Source of the DNA: a plasmid
Reading direction: 5' to 3' (one strand)
Length of the DNA stretch: 64,000 nucleotides
Sequence record: NZ_CP044080.1
Part shown: positions 20,362 through 30,322 of the stretch, in pieces
Layout: each line of letters opens with the position of its first letter
Numbering within the stretch: the stretch's first letter is position 1
The notes under the pieces: generated by a model
What the model was told of the DNA's origin: nothing
Seen by the model: only the letters and a program-made list of their open reading frames with translations
The model's database searches: none
Position numbers and translations under genes: made by a program

Positions 20362-21489
20362 TCAAGCCACGATGCGGCGGGTCGGGACGGCGACCGGCGC
20401 CATCAGCCGTCGCGTCGCCTCGCGCCGGTCCAGCATGGCCTGGGTGACAAGGGTGGTGCCCTGCGCATCGCGGCGGAACCAGGGCAGGTCGTCGTCCGGG
20501 TCCTCGCCCGCCACCAGCCCCGGCGGGATGCGCGTTCCGGGCGCGACGATGCAGTTGACCAGCCGGGCCGAGGCGGGGACCCACGCCCCCGGCATCATGA
20601 TGCTGCCCCGTCCCAGGGACCATTCCGCCTGAGGCGCATCCTGCGGCAGCCGGGCGGGTGCCCGGTCAAGAAAATCCAGATGCGCGCGGCGCAGCGCCGT
20701 CAGCGTGCCCACGTCGCGCCAATAGCTTTCGCCCGACGGGCCGGGGGGCAGGCGAAAGGCCGCGGCCTCGCCCCGGGCCACGGCCTCGGGGATCAGATCG
20801 TGGCCGAAATCCAGCGCCTCCGGCTGGCCGCTCAGGCGGTCGCGCAACCAGGCCGCGTCGAACAGATAGATCCCCATCGACACCAGGGCGCTGTCGGACT
20901 GACCCGGCATGGCCGGCGGATCGGCAGGCTTTTCCAGGAAGGCGGTGACGCGCCCGCCGTCATCGACCTGCATCACGCCAAAGCCCTGCGCGTCGAGCCG
21001 GGGAACGACGTCGACGGCGATGGTGACGGCGGCGCCCGAGCGTTCGTGGGCCTGCACGAGCGCGCCATAGTCCATGTCATAGATATGATCGGCGGCCAGC
21101 ACCAGGACGTGGTCCGGCCCGCATGACTCAATCCGGGACCAGTTGCAGCGCACGGCATCGGCCGTGCCGCGATAAAGCCCGCGCCCGTCGCTCAGTTCGA
21201 TCCCTCCGGCCGGGAAATGGCGGCCCCAGCGCTCCGGCAGGTGACGATGCAGCGTCGCGGGGGCGAATTGCGTGGCGACCACCAGGCGTTCCAGCCCCGA
21301 GCGCACCACGTTGGCCATGACAAAATCGACGATCCGGTTGCGGCCCGCAAAGGGCACGGCGGGCTTGCTTTCGTTCGTCGTCAGCTCATGCAGCCGGGAC
21401 CCCTGCCCCCCGGCCAGCAGGAGGGTCGCCGTAGAGTTCTGGGAAAGACGGGAACGGGTGGCAGGCAGACAGGCAAATGAATCGGTCAC
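20362..21489 (-). CDS. glgC: Glucose-1-phosphate adenylyltransferase (ADP-glucose pyrophosphorylase), short form
   Basis: Contains LLAGGQGSRLHELTTNESKPAVPFAG and, at the C-terminus, left-handed beta-helix-like repeats. Confidence 0.8.
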   Translation of the reverse strand: MTDSFACLPATRSRLSQNSTATLLLAGGQGSRLHELTTNESKPAVPFAGRNRIVDFVMANVVRSGLERLVVATQFAPATLHRHLPERWGRHFPAGGIELSDGRGLYRGTADAVRCNWSRIESCGPDHVLVLAADHIYDMDYGALVQAHERSGAAVTIAVDVVPRLDAQGFGVMQVDDGGRVTAFLEKPADPPAMPGQSDSALVSMGIYLFDAAWLRDRLSGQPEALDFGHDLIPEAVARGEAAAFRLPPGPSGESYWRDVGTLTALRRAHLDFLDRAPARLPQDAPQAEWSLGRGSIMMPGAWVPASARLVNCIVAPGTRIPPGLVAGEDPDDDLPWFRRDAQGTTLVTQAMLDRREATRRLMAPVAVPTRRIVA

Positions 21490-21649
21490 CGGCGAATTCC
21501 TTTGGCTTGGGGCTGAACCGCCGGCGAACCGACGGACAACCGCGCAACCCCTGTGTGAACCGCCTGTTCCCTGAAGCTATCAAATGTTTATCAGGTTTGC
21601 GTGACCCCCGGGATAGTCCCGAGGGTCGAGGGCAAGACTGTCCCGGACG

Positions 21650-22834
21650 TCAGGCGACTTCGGCAGGCGTCGGCGCGGGTTGTGCCGCCGCTGCAATGTC
21701 CTCGAGCCAAGCCACGGGCTTGAGGCCGGTACCGCGCAGGAATTCGATGTAGCGGGCGCATTTCATGGCCCGGAAACGGTCGTATTCCGCGCCGTCGAAC
21801 TTGACGAGCTGCTTGAGCCGCGCACGGGTCAGGGGCTGCTTGAGGTCCTGGGCCCGCAGATAGGGCACCCCGGTTTCGCGGCACATCTCTTCGGTGCGGG
21901 TGTCGATGGTGACGGTGCAGGCCATGCGTTCCGCCTGGATCGCCAACTGCGCCCCATGGAAGCGCGGGCCGATCAGCAGATCATGGCGGCGCAGCTCGTC
22001 CATCCAGGCAGCCACATCGTAATAGGATCGCGCATAGTTCCGCGCCCAGTCCTTGAACTGGTCGAGGGTGTAATGGGGGACGGTGTGGCGGTGGATGCGA
22101 GCCAGGGCATCGGGCTCGATCTCGTCGAACAACCCGCGCGAGATCTTGATCATGTTGCCCATCGACTGGACGATGTAGACGCCGGGGAACTGCGGGTCCA
22201 TCATCATGGCGATCAGCTGCTGCTCGATCTCACGCGTGTCGCGCCAGCTTTCGTGCCCACCTGCGACGGTGATCCGCTGCGGCAGGGGGTTCGCCTCCCA
22301 GTTCGCCTGGATGCGGCGCCCCAGGTCGGGCCGGGGGTTGATGAAATGGGAAGGGCAGCCGTTCGCCAGAGTATCGGCGCCGGTCAGCTTCTTGATCTGT
22401 TCCGAGGTGTAGGGGCCCCGGGTATAGATGTTCTGGATGCCGTGCTTGCGCCCGTTCTCGATCAGAACGTCAAGCCAGGCGCGGGTGCCCTCGGTCAGCT
22501 CGACGTCTGCGCCGAACTCTGGTGCCTGCGCACCAAGCCCGATGGCGACGATGGGCTTTTCGACCTGCGCCAAATTTTTGGCCAGCCCACCCAACTCAGT
22601 GTGCTTGCCAAGCTGGTTAGCGCCGGGAAAAACAACGAAGTCGACGCGCTCGTTCAGAACCTCTCGCTTGGTATGCCAAGGGAAATACTCGATCTCGGCA
22701 TCAATCTGGCTTTTGATAGCATGAACAAAAGCCAAGTTGCCGTTGTTGTGCCCGACTTGCCTGTAAAGGGTGTTGAAATTGGTGTTCGCGTAAAGCCCGC
22801 AGTTTTCGCTTTCCCACAAAAGGCCGATCTTCAT
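21650..22834 (-). CDS. Polysaccharide pyruvyl-transferase-family-like protein (putative)
   Basis: 394 aa. The C-terminal LIGPRFHGAQLAIQAERMACTVTIDTRTEEMCRETGVPYL resembles the PF04230 C-terminal motif. The gene has markedly lower GC than its flanks. Confidence 0.45.
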   Translation of the reverse strand: MKIGLLWESENCGLYANTNFNTLYRQVGHNNGNLAFVHAIKSQIDAEIEYFPWHTKREVLNERVDFVVFPGANQLGKHTELGGLAKNLAQVEKPIVAIGLGAQAPEFGADVELTEGTRAWLDVLIENGRKHGIQNIYTRGPYTSEQIKKLTGADTLANGCPSHFINPRPDLGRRIQANWEANPLPQRITVAGGHESWRDTREIEQQLIAMMMDPQFPGVYIVQSMGNMIKISRGLFDEIEPDALARIHRHTVPHYTLDQFKDWARNYARSYYDVAAWMDELRRHDLLIGPRFHGAQLAIQAERMACTVTIDTRTEEMCRETGVPYLRAQDLKQPLTRARLKQLVKFDGAEYDRFRAMKCARYIEFLRGTGLKPVAWLEDIAAAAQPAPTPAEVA

Positions 22835-22934
22835 TCTCGCGTCTCCTTATAGATTGCGATCCGGGTTGCCGTGGCGCGCGTCGCCAGCGGTTGCTTTATT
22901 GTTTTGAATTGCCATCTCACCCGATTCCGGACCT

Positions 22935-24191
22935 TCACGCCGCCCCCTCGCGCAGGACCCGCGCCGGGGTCAAGCCGCAGGCCTCCACCCACTCGGCGTG
23001 GAAGCCAGCAAGGTCCAGCGGCGGGGTGATCCGGGCCTTGTGGTCGCGCAGCACATCGGGGCGGGCGTGGACCGACAAAATCGCCTGGGCCAGCGACGCG
23101 GGGTCGGCGGTGCGGAACGGGATGCCCCAGCCTGCGGTCTTCTCGGCCATGCCGCCGATGTCCGAGGCGATCATGGGCGTGACCGCCGCGCGCGCCTCCT
23201 GGATCACCACGGGGCTGTTCTCCCACCACACCGAGGGAATGACGATCCAGCCGTAGCCCCGCATGATGTCGACGCAATCCTGCGGGCGATAGCGGCCGCG
23301 AAAGCGCACACAGTCGGGAATTTCCAGCTTGGGCCAGAGCCGGGTGAAGCCTTCTTCGTCGACGCCGTGGATCTCGATGTCCAGGGGCACCTCGGTCTCG
23401 GGCATGCCGGCCTCGATCAGGGCGGCAGCCCGGATCAGCACGTCCAGGCCCTTGGTCGGCGTGGCCTGGCCGAAGAAGGCGAAGCGGCCGGACTTGGCCA
23501 GCAGCTCGGCCTCGGTCTCGGGGGGGTATTCGGCGTGGTGGTCCAGGCCGTTCTCGATCACCGCGATGCGGCCGGGCGCGATGCCCCAGTCCTCGAAGCG
23601 GTCGCGCAGGAACTCGCTGGGCGACAACAGGTGGTCGAACAGGTCCAGCATCTCGATCATGCGCGCCTTGCGCAGCACGAAATCGACCGGCGGCCGGCCG
23701 AGGCAGGCTGCGCAGGCCACCTCGGCCGAGGCATGGCACAGTTCGCCCGAACGCTTGACCATCTGGCCGTGATTGGCGCAGATCGCCGTCAACTCGTGCA
23801 GGGTGCAGATGAACCGCGCCTTGGGCAGGGCCGCGCGAAGCCGCCGGATGGTGCCCGCGCCGATGTTCCAGAAATGATGAAAGTGATAGACCTCGGCCTG
23901 GAAGGCGGACAGGAATTCGACGATCCAGTCCTCGTCCTCGATCCGGGCCTGCTCCATCTGGAAGGCGTCCATGCCGCGCCCCTGCAGGCAGAAGTCGCGC
24001 GGGTCGAAGCTGATGACCTGCTGGCCGGGGCCGAAGAACTTGGCGCTGTCCTCGGGACCGATGGTCGAGCCGACGAAATAGGCGTCCTCGCCCAGGGACA
24101 GCAGGTGCTGGAACTGGCGATAGGCCGCAACTTCGCCGCCGCCGTAGCGCAGGTTCGGGTGGGAATGGGATACAACGACGATCCGGGTCAT
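22935..24191 (-). CDS. Glycosyltransferase family 4 (retaining GT-B)
   Basis: Begins MTRIVVVSHSHPNLRYGGGE. The C-terminal GT4 signature is WWENSPVVIQEARAAVTPMIASDIGGMAEK. The long N-terminal ORF extension is GC-driven. Confidence 0.75.
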   Translation of the reverse strand: MTRIVVVSHSHPNLRYGGGEVAAYRQFQHLLSLGEDAYFVGSTIGPEDSAKFFGPGQQVISFDPRDFCLQGRGMDAFQMEQARIEDEDWIVEFLSAFQAEVYHFHHFWNIGAGTIRRLRAALPKARFICTLHELTAICANHGQMVKRSGELCHASAEVACAACLGRPPVDFVLRKARMIEMLDLFDHLLSPSEFLRDRFEDWGIAPGRIAVIENGLDHHAEYPPETEAELLAKSGRFAFFGQATPTKGLDVLIRAAALIEAGMPETEVPLDIEIHGVDEEGFTRLWPKLEIPDCVRFRGRYRPQDCVDIMRGYGWIVIPSVWWENSPVVIQEARAAVTPMIASDIGGMAEKTAGWGIPFRTADPASLAQAILSVHARPDVLRDHKARITPPLDLAGFHAEWVEACGLTPARVLREGAA

Positions 24192-25747
24192 GCGGCAGAC
24201 AACGCCTCCATCAAAGCGCGGCTTTCCGCGTCGAACGTGTGCAGGTCCAGCCCGCCGGGCAGGGGCTGGTTCAGGGGGCCGGATTTGCCCGCGAAATGCC
24301 GCGTCGGGGCGAGCCCCTCGGCATGGGCCGCGCCGGCGCCCAGCAGGTGGCGCGCGATGTCGCGCAGACGCGCCTCCTCGGTCAGGTAGGCGCGCGGAGC
24401 CTGGGCCAGCAGCGGCCTCAGCAGGGCGGTCGGCGCGCTGAGCGCGAAGGCCAGCTGGTCGCGCAGGAAGCGCTGCCCGGGATCGCCCCCCGCCACGGCA
24501 AAGATCGGGTCCAGGATCGACAGCTGCACCGGCTGGCGCCGCAGGGTCGCGTCGAACACGCGCGCATCCTCGTCCAGCTGGAACAGGGTCGAACTGCGGC
24601 CGTAAAGCGCCAGTTCGGCCATCGGCGCCTCGCGGTCCAGCGCCATGCCGGTGCCGCGCAGGACCAGCCCCTGGGGCAGGTCGCGCTGCGCGCCCTCGAC
24701 CGCGGCGGCCAGGGAACGGGTCAGGCCGGGGCGCAGCAGGAACAGTTCGAGCGGCCGGTCCAGCCGCAGGCCCACGCGGCGCAGCACATCTCGCAGGTCC
24801 GCATCCGGCAGATCGTGGTCCAGGACCAGCAGCACCCGACCCGCCCGAACCGGCGCCACCCCGGACGGCGGCTGCCAGGCGGGCAGAGGCTCCAGCATGG
24901 CGCGGCGCAAGCGCGTCTGGCGGGTGGGGTCGGGCAGTTCCAGCTGGACCTGACAGGTCTGGATCGCCAGCGCGGCCGCGGGGGTGGGTTCGGCGGCGAC
25001 AAGGACGCCCGCGGCGGCATGCTGGCCAGGGATCAGGAACAGCACGCGCACCGGGCCGCTGGCAGGCTCGGCCAGAAGGAAGCTGCCGCAGAACCCGTCC
25101 GTCCCGCTGAAGCGATAGCGCGTGGCATAGGGTTGCAGGTCCGCGCGCGGCAGCGCACCGGGCATCAGTTCGACCCGGCACAGCTGCCGGTCGTCCATGG
25201 CCAGGGCGGTCAGCGCCTCGGTCTGGCCCTGGGCCGGCATGAACCAGCCCGAAACCAGCCCCTGCCCCGCCTCGCCCACCAGGCAGCGGTCGGTACCCAG
25301 ACCGAAATCGTCGCTTTCGCGCGCGAGCAGCGGCGCAAAGCGCAGCCGGGTCATCACCGCCTGCGCCGTCTCGCCCTTGGGCGCGGTCAGCGTGCCCTGC
25401 CCGACAAGGCGCAGCCAGGCGAAGAAGACCTCGTCCACGCCGACCTCGATCAGGCGCAGCTCGTCCGTCACCAGCCGTTCGGGCGAAAGCTCGGTGAACT
25501 CGTGCCCGGTCCTGAGATGGATCGCGGCGTTTCCGGGCAGGTCCAGCCCGCCAAGGTCGAAGACCGCCAGATACCCCATCGGCTCGGCCGTGCGCAGGTC
25601 GCGCCGGGCATGGCGCGTGACCAGCACGGGCGACAGCCGCGCATCCTCGGCATGAAGTTCGAGGTCAAGCCAGGGGTCTGCGCTCCAGCCTGCCAGGACA
25701 AGGATGGCCCGGGCGTCGGCAAAGCAGAAATCCATGTTCAGGCCCAT
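24188..25747 (-). CDS. Hypothetical protein (about 520 aa), translationally coupled to the downstream GT4
   Basis: Long ORF with compositional coding bias. Start is MGLNMDFCF. No recognisable domain. It overlaps the GT4 start by 4 nt. Confidence 0.45.
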   Translation of the reverse strand: MGLNMDFCFADARAILVLAGWSADPWLDLELHAEDARLSPVLVTRHARRDLRTAEPMGYLAVFDLGGLDLPGNAAIHLRTGHEFTELSPERLVTDELRLIEVGVDEVFFAWLRLVGQGTLTAPKGETAQAVMTRLRFAPLLARESDDFGLGTDRCLVGEAGQGLVSGWFMPAQGQTEALTALAMDDRQLCRVELMPGALPRADLQPYATRYRFSGTDGFCGSFLLAEPASGPVRVLFLIPGQHAAAGVLVAAEPTPAAALAIQTCQVQLELPDPTRQTRLRRAMLEPLPAWQPPSGVAPVRAGRVLLVLDHDLPDADLRDVLRRVGLRLDRPLELFLLRPGLTRSLAAAVEGAQRDLPQGLVLRGTGMALDREAPMAELALYGRSSTLFQLDEDARVFDATLRRQPVQLSILDPIFAVAGGDPGQRFLRDQLAFALSAPTALLRPLLAQAPRAYLTEEARLRDIARHLLGAGAAHAEGLAPTRHFAGKSGPLNQPLPGGLDLHTFDAESRALMEALSAA

Positions 25748-25800
25748 GTCCAGGCTCCTTCCGTCGGGCAAGGCCATGCCGGGGCATGGCCGTGCCGGGT

Positions 25801-26358
25801 TCAGATCAGGGTCAGCGCCAGACCGCTCAGGACCAGCCGCTGGGCCGGTTGGCGCAGGTGGATGATGACGCGGCGGCCGGTCGCCTCCTCGTCCGCGGCG
25901 GGCAGGTCCAGGCTGCACAGCGACACGGAATCCTGCTGGATGCGCCATTCGACATGGCCGCTGTCCTGCGCCTCGCCCTCGGCATCGAAGCTGCGCAGGA
26001 AGACATCGGCGACCAGCGGCACCTCGCCATGGGCCTGACATTCGATGAAGCATTTGCGCGCGATGACGCCATCGGGCAGCGGCGCTTCCAGCGTCATCCA
26101 CTGCAGGCCGGCGCTGCGCAGTTCGACGGCATGGGCATCGCTGGCCACGGGCAGCACGTCGCAGCGCGTCCCGCCGGGAACGCAGGCGCCAAAGGCGGCG
26201 GTGACGGTGTTGTAGCCGCCCGACAGGCTAAGCTTGGGCCGGCCGACCATGGCGGCATGGACCTCGGCCACGAGGTCCAGCCGGTTGGATTGCAACGCGG
26301 TCAGGACCGCGGCGGCGGCTTCGTAATTGCGAACCGCAGCAGCGTAGATCGTCGTCAA
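25801..26358 (-). CDS. Hypothetical protein (185 aa)
   Basis: ORF overlapping the end of the GT2-GT4 gene by 4 nt. No recognisable domain. Confidence 0.4.
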   Translation of the reverse strand: MTTIYAAAVRNYEAAAAVLTALQSNRLDLVAEVHAAMVGRPKLSLSGGYNTVTAAFGACVPGGTRCDVLPVASDAHAVELRSAGLQWMTLEAPLPDGVIARKCFIECQAHGEVPLVADVFLRSFDAEGEAQDSGHVEWRIQQDSVSLCSLDLPAADEEATGRRVIIHLRQPAQRLVLSGLALTLI

Positions 26359-28976
26359 TTTGATTTCCTTCCATGCGTTTCAGGAAAAGTCTGCTGATCG
26401 CCGCAGACAGGCGCCTCCCATTTCGTGCCGAGCCAGGCCAGCAGCGGGGCGGCGGCATCGGCCCAGTCGCGCGATCCCGAGGCCACGGCACCGGCCGACA
26501 CCGCCCGCAGCCGCGCACGGTCCCGGTCGAGATCCAGAACAAGGCGCACGAAGGCGTCCTCGCAGCCATCCTCGGGCAGGATGAAACCATCGACGCCGTC
26601 GCGGATCGCCTCGCGCATGGCGCCGACATCGGTCGCCAGCACCACCACCCCCAGCCGCTGCGCCTCGAGAACCGACAGCGGCAGCCCTTCGTAATGCGAA
26701 GGCAGGATCATCACGTCGGTGTCCGCCAGAAGCGCGGTCAGCGCATCGGGGCCGCGCACGGCGCCCAGCATCCGCACCTGCGGCGGAAAGGCCAGGTCGG
26801 CGGGCGCATCGACGACCGCCTGACCCGCGACGGAAAGCCGCATGTCCGGGGCATGCCGCGCCAGATCGCCCAGGATCGCGGCCAGCCGGTGGACGCCCTT
26901 TTGCGGGTCCAGCCGGCCCATGAACAGCACGCGCAGCGGCCCGTCGCCCGGTCGGGTGGCACGGTCGTCCAAGGCCTTCGCAAGCCGATCCGCCTTCAGC
27001 GGATAGCCGGGCGCATTGACCAGCGGGCACAGCTTGCGGCGCGGCATCCCCTGGGCGTTCAGCCAGTGGGCCAGCGTCCTCGAACAGGTCAGCACCAGGT
27101 CGTAGGCGTGCTCATAGGCCAGCGCCAGCTTGGGCGGGCCATAGTTGCGGCCGTAGGTGCTGCGCTCGACCAGATGCTCGTGGTCGATCATCAGGATGCC
27201 CTGCTGGCGCAGCCGGCCGGCGACCTTGTGCAGCGCCGCCGAATGGGCGTTGATGACCGCATCCATCGACGACAGCAGCCCCGCAAGATCGGCGCGCTCG
27301 GTGCCGTTGCCCCAGCTGGGCTCGGCCGTGCCCAGGTATTCGGGGCCCGACCAGTCCAGGGTCGAGGCGTCGGGCAGCCAGCTGACCGTGGCGAAGGGCT
27401 CAAGCGCCCAGGCGTCGGAATGGATCGGGCGGTCGCTGGCGATGAACAGGTGCAGCCGGTGCCCCGCCGCCGCCAGTTCGCGCGCCAGGCTTGCCGCGAC
27501 CTTTTCCACTCCGCCGAAATCGAAGATCGGCAGGACCATCCCGATGTCCTTGCGGCCGGGCTGTTTCAGCAGCGGAAAGACGATGCCGCCCGAAACGGCC
27601 TTGCGCGGGATCTCGACCGCCATCGCGCGGCTTGCCGCGCCGCCGGTCTCGCGCCAGTTCCAGCTTTGGTCCAGCGCCGGACGATAGCGGCTGCGGTGCA
27701 GCGCGACCAGAAAGCCGCGCATCACCTCGGCGGCGCTGTCGCTGTCGGGACGGGCGGCGCGCCCGTCCGCCACCTCGAGCCCCCAGCTTGTCACGGGATG
27801 GGGACAGGGTGTCCGGTCGATCTCGCGCGCCCAGGCGGCATCGGTTTCCAGCAGGATGCGGCGCAGGCCCTGCATCGACAGGACCGCCCCGTCCGACGGG
27901 CGGTCGGGATTGCCCAGGTCGCTGTGGACCGCATGGCCCGCGTCCGAAGCGTCCAGGAAGAACAGGTCCACGTCGCCCGGCCATTCCAGCCGCGCCTGCC
28001 GCCGTTCGCAGTTCCACAGGAAGCCGTGCAGCAACCGGGCCTGGGCCAGCCGGGCACGGGTGCCGTCGCGCAGAAAGATCAGGACGGCGGGCGCGTGGTT
28101 GCGGTGGGGATCGGCCAGATGGGCAAAGATCCGGCGCTCAAGCTCGGCCAGGGGAACGCTTTTGCCCTGGTCGGGGTCCGTGCACAGAAAGGCCTGACCG
28201 CCCTCGACCAGCGCATAGCGGGGAAAGCGCGCCGCCTCGAGCGCCAGAAGCGCGGGACAGGAAAACAGCCAGCGGTGCTTTTGTTCCAGAAAGCGACGCA
28301 GTTCGCCGTCGCGGTCGTGGGAACCGGCCAGCATGCTGGCGGGACGCTTGCGGTACAGCAGCACCGGCTCGGCAAAGGGCTGGCCCCGGAACCCGCGGCT
28401 GGCGGCCGACAGCCAGAAATCCCAGTCCTCGTAGCCCTGCTTCATCGTCTCGTCAAAGCGCAGCCCGGCGTCCAGCACCCGGCGGCGGATCAGGCTGCCG
28501 GCCTCGCACAGGTTGACATGGGCGTGAAACAGCAGGTCCGGTTCGCGGTCGGTGACGTAATGGCCCTTTTGGCCGAAGAAGTCGAAATCGGGATAGAACC
28601 AGTCCCGGTCGGGGTGGCGCGCCAGCGCACGGCCGAACGCGGCGCCCGCGCCCGCCGCCAGGACGTTGTCGGCATCCAGCAGCAGCACGGCCGCGATGTC
28701 CTGATCCAGCGCCAGCGCGGCGTCGATCCCGCAGTTGCGCGCGGTGCTGAGCCCGCCGTTCGGCACATGCAGCGCCGCCATGCGCTCGCCCAGCAGCGCC
28801 TGCCAGCTTGCGATGCTGGTCATGGTCTCGTCATGCTCGCAGCCGTCATTGACCACGACCAGCCGACGGATGGTGCCGCTGGCCATTTCGCGATGCACCG
28901 CGCCGATGGCGTCGTCCAGCAGAACGGGATGGCCCCAGACCGGGATGACGACGCTGACCTGGTCGCGCGGGCTCAT
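26355..28976 (-). CDS. Fused two-domain glycosyltransferase: N-terminal GT2 (GT-A) plus C-terminal GT4 (GT-B)
   Basis: Start is MSPRDQVSVVIPVWGHPVLLDDAIGAVH (GT2 VVIP motif, DxD LLDADN). The C-terminus carries GT4 motifs (MILPSHYEGLPLSVLEAQRLGVVVLATDVGAMREA). The six-frame ORF is over-extended to 29903. Confidence 0.75.
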   Translation of the reverse strand: MSPRDQVSVVIPVWGHPVLLDDAIGAVHREMASGTIRRLVVVNDGCEHDETMTSIASWQALLGERMAALHVPNGGLSTARNCGIDAALALDQDIAAVLLLDADNVLAAGAGAAFGRALARHPDRDWFYPDFDFFGQKGHYVTDREPDLLFHAHVNLCEAGSLIRRRVLDAGLRFDETMKQGYEDWDFWLSAASRGFRGQPFAEPVLLYRKRPASMLAGSHDRDGELRRFLEQKHRWLFSCPALLALEAARFPRYALVEGGQAFLCTDPDQGKSVPLAELERRIFAHLADPHRNHAPAVLIFLRDGTRARLAQARLLHGFLWNCERRQARLEWPGDVDLFFLDASDAGHAVHSDLGNPDRPSDGAVLSMQGLRRILLETDAAWAREIDRTPCPHPVTSWGLEVADGRAARPDSDSAAEVMRGFLVALHRSRYRPALDQSWNWRETGGAASRAMAVEIPRKAVSGGIVFPLLKQPGRKDIGMVLPIFDFGGVEKVAASLARELAAAGHRLHLFIASDRPIHSDAWALEPFATVSWLPDASTLDWSGPEYLGTAEPSWGNGTERADLAGLLSSMDAVINAHSAALHKVAGRLRQQGILMIDHEHLVERSTYGRNYGPPKLALAYEHAYDLVLTCSRTLAHWLNAQGMPRRKLCPLVNAPGYPLKADRLAKALDDRATRPGDGPLRVLFMGRLDPQKGVHRLAAILGDLARHAPDMRLSVAGQAVVDAPADLAFPPQVRMLGAVRGPDALTALLADTDVMILPSHYEGLPLSVLEAQRLGVVVLATDVGAMREAIRDGVDGFILPEDGCEDAFVRLVLDLDRDRARLRAVSAGAVASGSRDWADAAAPLLAWLGTKWEAPVCGDQQTFPETHGRKSN

Positions 28977-30322
28977 TGCAGCAGCGCCGCGTTTCCGCCG
29001 CGGCTGGCAATGCGAAAGCCGCGGAACAGCCCCCAGCTCATGTCGTTCGGGCCGTCCGTCGCCAGCGAGGCCGCCAGCAGGATATCGGCCCGCCCCTCGA
29101 TCCGCTCCTGCGGGATGCAATGGGCCTGCGCCCAGCCGTGCGGCGGCAGGCCATGCACCCAGGGGCCCATGCGGCGCTGCCAGAAACCGTCTTCGTCCAC
29201 CCGGCCATGCGGGGCAACGCCGACGGCAAAGTTCAGACTGGGCGCGCGCGGATGGCCGACGTTGACCAGGGCCGAGATATGGGACATCGACGGCAGATCC
29301 ACGTCGCGGATGATGGCGCAGACCGGCCCCTGGCGCGAGGGGTGGACCATGACCGCGTCCTCGTTTTCCCAGAAGGCGGCCGAGATGTGGTCCTGGGCCT
29401 GCGGCGGAACCGCGAACAGTTCGGGCCGAGGCAACAGCGCGGGCGAAACGAAGCCCGCCTCGTCGACCAGGGCGGCGCCTTGCACCTCGGCCGGCAGACG
29501 GACACCGGGCAGGCCCTTCCAGACCCGCAGCGCAAGCACCTGTTCGCACGCCGGACCCTTGGGAAGCCGCAGGGCGAAGCGCTGATCGGGGACGGCATGG
29601 CCCAGGCCCAGCGACAGCGGCACCGAACCCTTCCAGTCCAGCCGCAGCATGCAGTCGCGCTCGACCCCGCCGATCGGCTGGTCGGGCTGCAAGCGCAGCC
29701 AGCCCGCGCCGGCCCCGCCCTCGGCCGGGCGCAGCGCATGGGACACGCCGGCCGCATCGACCAGCGCCGCCTGCAGCCCCTGGGCGTTCGTGCCCTGCGG
29801 CAGCCACAGATCGACCGCCGCGATGCAGGCGATGCTGAGCGGCAGAACCTGTTCGGCCACCGAGCGCGGCTCGATCCGGGCGATCTGGCCGACCGGCTCC
29901 CACGACAGGGATTTCATATAGCGGGGATTGCCCAGGCTATACATGAAATCCTCGACCGCTTTCAGGCTTTCCTCCAGCGCGTTATTCTCGTTCCGCAGAA
30001 TCGAGGCGGCGAGTCGGGCCGATCCGGCATCGCTTTCGACCGAATTCATCTGATCCAGCAGCAGGCCGATAATATCGGCGGCCAGTTTCTTCTGATTGCG
30101 GGGATCGAATTCCAGCCGGGGCAGCATCTGCAAGGCGGCCGGCAGCGCGGGCATCTTGGCGGCCGCGCCTTTTCCCGTGATGACGCCCGCGGGACGGCGG
30201 CCGTCCAGACGTCGAATCGCGGCCATTCCGTCCGACAATCCAACACATTCAACGCAATCGGCAGGCATGATCGCGGCGATCTGGTCGCGCAGACCCTCCT
30301 GGACGAAAAACACGGCGCGCAT
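28973..30322 (-). CDS. Hypothetical protein (449 aa), first gene of the glycosyltransferase operon; N-terminus weakly receiver-like
   Basis: ORF coupled (ATGA) to the GT2-GT4 gene. The N-terminal roughly 110 aa have an alternating hydrophobic pattern reminiscent of a degenerate REC fold. There is no confident domain call. Confidence 0.45.
   Translation of the reverse strand: MRAVFFVQEGLRDQIAAIMPADCVECVGLSDGMAAIRRLDGRRPAGVITGKGAAAKMPALPAALQMLPRLEFDPRNQKKLAADIIGLLLDQMNSVESDAGSARLAASILRNENNALEESLKAVEDFMYSLGNPRYMKSLSWEPVGQIARIEPRSVAEQVLPLSIACIAAVDLWLPQGTNAQGLQAALVDAAGVSHALRPAEGGAGAGWLRLQPDQPIGGVERDCMLRLDWKGSVPLSLGLGHAVPDQRFALRLPKGPACEQVLALRVWKGLPGVRLPAEVQGAALVDEAGFVSPALLPRPELFAVPPQAQDHISAAFWENEDAVMVHPSRQGPVCAIIRDVDLPSMSHISALVNVGHPRAPSLNFAVGVAPHGRVDEDGFWQRRMGPWVHGLPPHGWAQAHCIPQERIEGRADILLAASLATDGPNDMSWGLFRGFRIASRGGNAALLQ

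Noticed and set aside
21490-21649. TATCAAATGTTTATCA direct repeat upstream of glgC as a possible Fur/iron box
   Set aside because: It has only weak resemblance to Fur consensus. It is more likely part of an ordinary promoter, and there is no iron-related context.
26373-29585. 1070-aa plus-strand ORF and the 1182-aa minus-strand ORF (26355-29903)
   Set aside because: The plus ORF is antisense to the GT2-GT4 gene. The minus ORF is a GC-driven upstream over-extension; the real start is the MSPRDQVSVVIPVWG methionine at 28976, where the upstream gene stop overlaps.
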